This document shows, one piece after another, positions 50,501 to 56,429 of a DNA stretch of 56,429 nt. Source of the stretch: a virus (taxonomy: Duplodnaviria; Caudoviricetes). The notes beneath the pieces were generated by a model. That model made no database searches and was not told the origin of the DNA. It saw nothing but the letters and a program-made list of their open reading frames with translations. The stretch is taken from IMG/VR virus record IMGVR_UViG_3300013020_000002, positions 1 through 56,429 of that record; one strand, given 5' to 3'. Position 1 is the first letter of the stretch, and every line of letters begins with the position of its first letter. The position numbers and the translations under genes are program-made.

Positions 50501-51651
50501 TATCGATCATAAACCCTTTTAAACGCTTTAGTTATATCTAAACAATTATTAAAATTAAATGTGTCATTCTGATAATTATTTAAATATATTGAATTAATTC
50601 TAATATTTTTTATATCTGATGGATTAATAATATTATTAGCGTTGAGAATATTTTCACTCATTTCACCATATAAATTAATTTGAGTGTTTTGATTTATGAT
50701 TATTAGTTTCGCATTATTTGAAACCACATTATTTCTACAATATTTTGTAAAAGAATTAACTGTACGTACTTGCTCATATTCATATTGGTCTGAATTATTT
50801 TTTACACCAATATAAAAAACAATATTATTTCTATATTTATTGTTTGATACAAAATTTTTACTATTTAAAAAATTTATAAATGTTAGATGACTAGAAATTT
50901 CATCTTTATTACGTTCGATGTTTCTTATTTCATTTGTACTTTTAATATTCTTTTCGATTCTTTGATATATATTTTTCAATCTATATGTTAATTCATAAAT
51001 TGATTTTGGTTCACTATTAACATTTAAATTTATATCTGGATTACTGTTATCTAATAATGAAATAATTTCAGCATATTTAAATAAAACATCTGTTAACGGT
51101 GCAAATATATTAGCAATTAATTTTACAGTTATAATATAATTACCCGTTTTACTATCAAATCTAGTATTCTGTTTAGTTAAATGTAATGCATATTTTAGAG
51201 GTTTACCATAATACCCTTTAATAGTTAATTCGAATATGGGTGGTGGAAAATCATATAATACTGAATATGGTGATTTCTTACCTTTATTCATAAAATTCAT
51301 ACCTCTAATATCAACAAAATCAATTGTTACTTCTGGAATATAAGAACTATTTGTTTTAATATCTATATTAGTAATACCAAAACCTTCATAATTATCATCA
51401 CTAATTATTGTATTATTCGTCCATTTTGTTGTGTATTTTTTTGTGTTTGGGTTATAACCCATCATATTAACATTCATGCTATCAGTAGTGTCGATATTAA
51501 CATATCCTTTAGCATTGAATATAATATTTGTTTTACTCTTCCTATAAGCCATCAAATTAACATATATCATTAATTCTTCTGGATTAGGTATTTTATTATT
51601 TAACTCACTATTAGTGATTACATCTAAAGGATTAAAAATATTTACACTCAT
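47587..51651 (-). CDS. Large virion protein, putative baseplate hub
   Basis: 1354 aa; C-terminal VNMLGNAMIQP...FSGSYIVLNVEHKLTP pattern typical of gp27/VgrG-like hubs; CTATTTATA upstream (51670-51678). Confidence 0.55.
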   Translation of the reverse strand: MSVNIFNPLDVITNSELNNKIPNPEELMIYVNLMAYRKSKTNIIFNAKGYVNIDTTDSMNVNMMGYNPNTKKYTTKWTNNTIISDDNYEGFGITNIDIKTNSSYIPEVTIDFVDIRGMNFMNKGKKSPYSVLYDFPPPIFELTIKGYYGKPLKYALHLTKQNTRFDSKTGNYIITVKLIANIFAPLTDVLFKYAEIISLLDNSNPDINLNVNSEPKSIYELTYRLKNIYQRIEKNIKSTNEIRNIERNKDEISSHLTFINFLNSKNFVSNNKYRNNIVFYIGVKNNSDQYEYEQVRTVNSFTKYCRNNVVSNNAKLIIINQNTQINLYGEMSENILNANNIINPSDIKNIRINSIYLNNYQNDTFNFNNCLDITKAFKRVYDRYNVLNDKTKILQDDLNNRINSIVEENLGFKPTVRNIIKIICDDVDKMFKVLNTVKNNAENHHQQYFGKILTHTNYRDKQNVEKINAFPLFVEKKHVEGNCNETEVRVYPKNTLFKTYPFPETDFINRFIDVFLKIKREKIPLNIKMSVDTQGNILWIPINPMDSNLNKLSLNYSSPYFNYINKGGNSVENIIKILNERFLILSQYTSYNTFFNEIDDNYIELYSESEALNLSLSISEQNIIDRFLNMEFSEFNELMTNSKININENKNKITTASGKYVIDKNDNDYTGIEILFENQITVRNDFGTSPIDNFIENNTPNWFTEFFLGKTKPKYSKNNILIVPDYKYDENQYTTMYADWYRVNYLSSNLLTNTEKQQTNQLRYIIDTLNINQNILNSDLNNSLILLSLVSIFGKINDISISDFRSAIYDIPYFYILFVGGIFSIDYDEINENSGIIFNNGDSTNGNNSIKIMNMIDKIKSYLTESDIVKFVDEFESVLNNTEVVNYLKELNNIDEDEKNELLEDPDNVYNVEIINVLTERRYMVVNSEYTWSTNNVETYQTYSELIEDNNKSNIVNKYFQEFFRHLKSNLRDKKKDFENEEKEFYESIDDDDIKTQTYYSIKNIVDKWVRGFLDEGYPFIGKGKLIDKFVFVDRAMNDIGDAAIINAESLINMEQNIDINVFTVISRLLSQNNFEFFPLQNFMSFDGNQWEESFKIYNNVNSNVVTSPAFVCMYIGGTSSSLNTNNDFIDDGLQNLNDVSDFRDQGCSDDYERMNSNQSVIDSNVKYGEVNAFTVEYGRQNQSIFKDIEIDSKEYPETNESLAILSNLANDESESTPIPKGQNLYNLYENRAYSVKVNMLGNAMIQPTNYFELKNIPLFSGSYIVLNVEHKLTPNHMETVFNGVRILKYPNPIVTDFAKSIGMLMGINSEINDDIMDNINNFDDDFISYDANDLPEEAKYNSMHPNNDETLEI

Positions 51652-51761
51652 ACTTAATTATTAGTTTTTTATAAATAGAAATAATTTAATTATCATAAAT
51701 TTTTATGGTTAAAAGTACTATTTATATATGATAATAACAATATACCCAAAAAAAATATACG

Positions 51762-52115
51762 ATGTTTTTAACCATTATTAAAGAAGTATTTGATTTAGAG
51801 GAAGCTGTCAGAAATAATGACATTATTGGTATATTAATTCTAATAATTATTATTTTATCTTCATTGACTGTTTATTTTTATAAATTAAATACAAAAAATG
51901 AAAAAGAAAATAAAAAAGAGTTGGTGTCTTTACAAACAGAAATGTTAAATAAAGAAAAACAATCTGAAAAAGAATTAATTGATGTTTTAAATGGTGTTTC
52001 TACAATATTAAAAATGAGTGAACAAGCTGATAAATTCCAAACAGAAAAAATCATTGGATCAATAAAAAACTTAGAGAATAGGTTAATTGATAAATTAAAT
52101 CAGTTAGAAAAATAA
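51762..52115 (+). CDS. Single-TM coiled-coil membrane protein (holin-like candidate)
   Basis: IIGILILIIIILSSLTVYFY followed by a charged coiled coil; ACTATTTATA at 51717-51726. Confidence 0.5.
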   Translation: MFLTIIKEVFDLEEAVRNNDIIGILILIIIILSSLTVYFYKLNTKNEKENKKELVSLQTEMLNKEKQSEKELIDVLNGVSTILKMSEQADKFQTEKIIGSIKNLENRLIDKLNQLEK

Positions 52116-52146
52116 TTTTAGAATATTTATATTAAAGATTTAAATA

Positions 52147-54000
52147 ATGAATATATTAAAATACGGTCAAACAGGTACAGGAATTTTAATTGAATATGAT
52201 GCTGGATATATTAATAAAAATTTGAATAAATCAAATAAGTTAATTACAGAATCGTTTGATTTTAACTCTGATGAACCGATATTAATTAATTGTATACTAC
52301 AAAAATACGGAGTCCCTAATAGAAACAATAGAATTTATCCTGAAAAAATATTAAAAAATCAAGTTGAAATTTATCAGGAAGCTGTAGCTAATAATAGTGC
52401 TGTATCCGAAGCTGATCACCCAGAGTGTGTACAAGCTTCTAATTCTCAGATACTTACAGATGAAGGTTGGAAGTATTTTAGAGATATTTCTAATAATGAA
52501 AAAGTTTATACTTTGAATACAAAAACAAATAATGTTGAAGTTCAAGAAATATCAAAAAAAATATATCAAGAATATTCTGGTGTTATGTATAAAATTACAC
52601 ATAGAAATATGGAAGCAACATTAACACCTAATCATAGAATTTTATTAGAAAAAAACAATAATAGATTTTATATTACTATTGAAGAATTATATAATGATGA
52701 AAATATTATAAAATCAGGTAAATATAAAATATTAAAAATTGGTGATTGGGAAAGTGATAAGGATAATGATTATTTTATATTAAATGGTGTTAAAGATGAT
52801 TATTTAGCATATAATTCTAAAAAAATATATCGTGAAGTTTTCACTAAAGATTTAAAAATTAATTCTGATGATTGGTTTTCATTTTTAGGAATATATTTGG
52901 CAGATGGGCATTGTGGTGGTACTGTTTGTAAAAAAGAAAGGTGTTCTGGTTTTGATGTAGTAATAACACAAAAAAAAGAAGAATCACAAAAAGAAATAGA
53001 ATTATTATTAGATAGATTACCCTTTGAATATAGATATATTAATCATCATGGTAAAAAACAATATCATTTAAAAGATCCAAGATTATATAATTATTTATAT
53101 CGTTTGGGTAATTCATATGAAAAATATATACCATATGAAATAAAAAACACATCCAAAAAAAATTTAATAACTCTGTTAAAATGGTTTCAACTTGGTGATG
53201 GTAGAAAAATAAAAACACCGTATGGGACTATTAGAAATTCAGTATTTTCAACATCAAAAAAATTAATTCAGGATTTTAAAGAAATATTATTAAAAATTGG
53301 ATTAAGTGGTAATATAACCACATATACTCCAAAAGATCGTTTTATTAATGATGTTAGTTATGTTGATGGTAAAGAAATATTAACCGAAAGATTAATCAAA
53401 GCTGAAAATTCAAAGAAACAATATAATCTAAATATTTCAAAAAGAAAACATATATGGGTTGATAATAGAGGATTCAAAATAGAAAAAATTGAAGTTGAGA
53501 ATGAAATGATTGGTTGTGTTACTACACCTAATTCAAATTTTTATTTAATGGTAAATGGTAAATCTCATTGGACTGGTAATTCAACAAATATTTCTTTATT
53601 AAATCTATCACATTTAATAAAGAAAATGTGGTGGGGAACAACTCCAGAAGATAAACATGTTCTATATGGTCAATTACGAATAATTGTGTCACCCGGATTT
53701 ATAAAATATGGTATACCAACAATGATCGGTGATAAAATAATAGTTTATCTACAACATGATATTAGAATTGGTATTTCATCTAGAGGTGTTGGTTCTTTAA
53801 GTGAGGATAATGGTAAATATATAGTTGAAAACGATTTTGAATTAGTTGGTTTTGACTTAGTAGCAACACCTTCAACATTTGGTGCATATTTATTTCCAAA
53901 TAAAAATCAAATTCAAATGGGTGAAGATGTAATCAAAGAATACGATAAATTAATTAAAGAAGATAAAAAAATTAATGCAATAAACAACTTTTTATTATAA
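52147..54000 (+). CDS. Prohead protease (T4 gp21-like) with intein
   Basis: NRNNRIYP, EADHPE|intein|STNISL..LSH, GISSRGVGS, FDLVATPS. Confidence 0.9.
   Translation: MNILKYGQTGTGILIEYDAGYINKNLNKSNKLITESFDFNSDEPILINCILQKYGVPNRNNRIYPEKILKNQVEIYQEAVANNSAVSEADHPECVQASNSQILTDEGWKYFRDISNNEKVYTLNTKTNNVEVQEISKKIYQEYSGVMYKITHRNMEATLTPNHRILLEKNNNRFYITIEELYNDENIIKSGKYKILKIGDWESDKDNDYFILNGVKDDYLAYNSKKIYREVFTKDLKINSDDWFSFLGIYLADGHCGGTVCKKERCSGFDVVITQKKEESQKEIELLLDRLPFEYRYINHHGKKQYHLKDPRLYNYLYRLGNSYEKYIPYEIKNTSKKNLITLLKWFQLGDGRKIKTPYGTIRNSVFSTSKKLIQDFKEILLKIGLSGNITTYTPKDRFINDVSYVDGKEILTERLIKAENSKKQYNLNISKRKHIWVDNRGFKIEKIEVENEMIGCVTTPNSNFYLMVNGKSHWTGNSTNISLLNLSHLIKKMWWGTTPEDKHVLYGQLRIIVSPGFIKYGIPTMIGDKIIVYLQHDIRIGISSRGVGSLSEDNGKYIVENDFELVGFDLVATPSTFGAYLFPNKNQIQMGEDVIKEYDKLIKEDKKINAINNFLL
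52426..53580 (+). mobile_element. Cis intein (385 aa) with LAGLIDADG-type endonuclease in the prohead protease
   Basis: CVQASNSQILTDEGW...LTPNHR...LGIYLADG...FQLGDG...GCVTTPNSNF...WTGN|S. Confidence 0.9.
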
Positions 54001-54064
54001 AAATTAAAAAAAGTTAGAATTTTTTATAAAATAATACTATTTATATTTAAACATAATTTTTGTT

Positions 54065-55489
54065 ATGGAAACAAAGAAAAGTATATTGAAAGAAGCAATT
54101 CTTGAATTTAATGAATTAATGGAAGCTGCAAAAGATAAAGCTAAAGATGATATGGCTAAAGAATTTCCAGATAAATTCAATAAAATAATGAATGAACACA
54201 TTGAAAAACTCAATAATATGAAAAAAAATATCAACGAAAAAGCTGAAACGTTTAAAGAAGAACCTAAAACTGAAAAAGCTAAAGAAATAGGTAAAACAGA
54301 AGACACCGATAAAAGAAAAGAAGGTGGTGATGGCGTTGATAAAGATGTTGAGAAAACTTTTACTAAAGAGCCTAAAAAAGGTACAAAAAAAATTAATGAG
54401 TCTTATGAAGATGATATAGATTTAACAGATTTCTCAATGGATGAACTTGAAGAAGCATTTAATGGTGCTGATGATGAAGACGATTTTGAAATAGATGATG
54501 AAATCGAATTAGATTTGGGTGACAGTGAACTTGATTTAGATGATATTAGTGCTGAAATCGCAAAAATGGATAAAATGTCTGAAGAATTTGAAGTTGATGA
54601 TTTAGATGAGGATGTTGATGATCCTTACACAAAATTGAAAAAACTTCAAGAAGAAATGAATCAAATTATTGATAATATTAATAAAGGTGGTGAATTGCAA
54701 GAGCAAGAAGATCCTATGATTCAAGAATTTGATGAAAAAATGTCTGGTGTTTATGGTGAAAATTATAAAGATGTATTAGGTAGCGATTACGATAAAATGT
54801 TAGATCTCTATAAATCACAATCGGATGGTGAACCTAAACATTTTAATGATGAAGAAAATGTAGAAGTTTCTATGGATAAAGATGAAGTAGAAGAAGCACA
54901 TGGAGTTTCATTATCAAATAATAAAAAAGTTGGTTCAGAAACACAACCTCGTCCAGAATATGCAGACTATAAAAAAGATAAACTTAGGTTTGCTTTACAA
55001 AGAGAACAATTGGAAAAAAGAGTTAAAGCATTAGTATCTGAAAACAAAAACACTAAAATCAATTTTAATAAATTAAAAAAGAAAACAGCAGAGTCTAATA
55101 AATTATTAGAAAATTATAGAAACGTTATTGATAAATATAGAAACAGTTTAAATGAGATGGTTGTATTTAATACAAATTTGGCTCATGTAAATAATTTATT
55201 AATCGATGAAAATTTCGATTTTAACGTTGAAGATAAAAAAGAAATCGTTGAAAGATTTAAACCTGTTCAAAGTATTGATGAGTCTGAAAAAGTATATAAA
55301 GAAATTTTAAGTGAAAACTCTAACGGTAAGAAAGACATTGTTGAATCAATAGAAAAAAAATATAATAATGTCGTTACACCATCATCAAAACAAAAAATAG
55401 GTGAAGCTGTTGAAAAATCAGCATTTAAAAAAGATAAACATATTGAAAAATTGAAAAGATTAGTCAATTACAATATGGATAGAAAATAA
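54065..55489 (+). CDS. Prohead core scaffold protein (gp22-like position)
   Basis: Acidic/coiled-coil protein between protease and MCP; LNEMVVFNTNLAHVN; ACTATTTATA at 54036-54045. Confidence 0.7.
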   Translation: METKKSILKEAILEFNELMEAAKDKAKDDMAKEFPDKFNKIMNEHIEKLNNMKKNINEKAETFKEEPKTEKAKEIGKTEDTDKRKEGGDGVDKDVEKTFTKEPKKGTKKINESYEDDIDLTDFSMDELEEAFNGADDEDDFEIDDEIELDLGDSELDLDDISAEIAKMDKMSEEFEVDDLDEDVDDPYTKLKKLQEEMNQIIDNINKGGELQEQEDPMIQEFDEKMSGVYGENYKDVLGSDYDKMLDLYKSQSDGEPKHFNDEENVEVSMDKDEVEEAHGVSLSNNKKVGSETQPRPEYADYKKDKLRFALQREQLEKRVKALVSENKNTKINFNKLKKKTAESNKLLENYRNVIDKYRNSLNEMVVFNTNLAHVNNLLIDENFDFNVEDKKEIVERFKPVQSIDESEKVYKEILSENSNGKKDIVESIEKKYNNVVTPSSKQKIGEAVEKSAFKKDKHIEKLKRLVNYNMDRK

Positions 55490-55514
55490 TAATAAAAATT
55501 AAAAATAAGATAAA

Positions 55515-56429
55515 ATGGGATTTCTTACAGAAAACGAACTAGTTGGAAATATTGGTCTTAAACACTTGAAAGAACAACGTGAGATCACCACAAACCGATG
55601 GGAACAAATTGGTTTGTTAGAAGGTCTTGAAGGTAACTTGAAAGAAAACTGTGCTCAGTTATTCGAGAACCAATTATCTGACATGATGAGAATTAATGAA
55701 TCAACTGACTCCGCAAATAGTGGACAGTTTGAGACAGTCGCATTCCCTGTTATTCGAAGGGTATTTGCTAAATTGCTTGCTAATGAATTAGTTTCAGTTC
55801 AAGCATTGAACTTACCTCTTGGTAAATTATATTACATTAACCCTAAGATTTCAGTTAGAACTGATGGTGGTACTAATCATACATCTCCTGATGGTGCTTA
55901 TGAAAATGCTGCAACTGCAAGTGAAAGAACTGAATATGAAGAGCGTTCATTATATGATGCTTACTATGCAACAGAATATGATCATGAAGGTGAATCATTG
56001 TTTGATAGATCAAAAGGACGTATTACTAACGTAGACGGTGTAACTTCAGCAGATTATGTTGTTGGTGATAAATCTGCAACTATTACTCTTTCTGGATTTA
56101 CAACTACTGATTCAGGTGCTCTTGTTGGGCCTTCTGGTGTACCTATGGATACTGAAAGTTTCTTAGCATCATTAAAAATTACTTCTGATGTTGATTTGAT
56201 TGCTCCGGCTCCGTTCCAAGATGAAACTATTGTTGCTGGTCAAAACATTCCTTTTAATGTTAAAACTCAACAGTATGGTAAAGCAATGGTTGATAAGAAT
56301 GGTAATTTGATATTGAATGTTGATACTACTTATCCCGGTGAGAATGGATATCAAGCATTTAGTGCTGCTACTACTCCTACTTTCAACTATGAATACAGAG
56401 TATATTCAGACTTAGAGGAAGATAGTGAA
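55515..56429 (+). CDS. Major capsid protein (T4 gp23-like), 3'-truncated; missing from ORF track
   Basis: Hand translation MGFLTENELVGNIG...RWEQIGLLEGL...LFENQ...RINES...AFPVIRRVFAKLLANELVSVQALNLPLGKLYY; open to the window end. Confidence 0.9.
   Translation, partial: MGFLTENELVGNIGLKHLKEQREITTNRWEQIGLLEGLEGNLKENCAQLFENQLSDMMRINESTDSANSGQFETVAFPVIRRVFAKLLANELVSVQALNLPLGKLYYINPKISVRTDGGTNHTSPDGAYENAATASERTEYEERSLYDAYYATEYDHEGESLFDRSKGRITNVDGVTSADYVVGDKSATITLSGFTTTDSGALVGPSGVPMDTESFLASLKITSDVDLIAPAPFQDETIVAGQNIPFNVKTQQYGKAMVDKNGNLILNVDTTYPGENGYQAFSAATTPTFNYEYRVYSDLEEDSE

Noticed and set aside
407-56354. Short antisense or alternative-frame ORFs (e.g. 407..778, 1562..1753, 14643..14984, 27735..27983, 44837..45073, 54037..54306, 55819..56034, 56172..56354)
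   Set aside because: Shadows of longer well-supported genes, with no motifs or independent signals
1-56429. Stop-codon reassignment (genetic code 15 or 4)
   Set aside because: Conserved genes are full length in the standard code, coding density is high, and TAG and TGA both end genes at sensible positions
1-56429. tRNA, rRNA, integrase or transposase genes
   Set aside because: Intergenic spaces are short and AT-rich with no cloverleaf or rRNA-like segment seen; no recombinase motifs recognised. A tRNAscan/Infernal run would confirm

Overview
Very AT-rich, gene-dense segment of a large tailed dsDNA phage with T4-like head genes. The host is probably Bacteroidota, judged from TTTG-N19/21-TAnnTTTG promoters, a Bacteroidota-type class II RNR and a SusC-like CarboxypepD_reg domain. 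The left half holds two paralogous cassettes of PKD+LRR (BspA/DUF285-like) putative fibre/adhesin genes. These flank leftward early genes: Dda-like helicase, nucleotidyltransferase, N-formylglutamate amidohydrolase, GNAT, IMPDH/GMP reductase, kinase, phosphoesterase and NrdJ. The right half is the head module: terminase large subunit, portal, prohead protease, scaffold, and a major capsid gene that starts at 55515, runs off the window and is missing from the ORF track. An inverted hub + lysin pair sits inside this module. Main points of interest: (1) two fractured genes rebuilt by split inteins, namely an atypically split TerL intein (36/108 aa) around a free-standing Vsr/EDxHD-like endonuclease, and an IMPDH/GMPR intein (104/41 aa) whose +1 residue is the catalytic Cys; (2) two further cis inteins, in NrdJ and the prohead protease; (3) mosaic LRR genes with near-identical flanks around variable repeats; (4) a recurrent ACTATTTATA upstream motif, the reverse complement of the T4 late promoter, marking structural genes and enzymes with (I/L)xE-rich leaders that may be head cargo; (5) apparent codon-level avoidance of CCWGG and GGWCC. 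All family assignments come from motif recognition by eye; no database searches were run.
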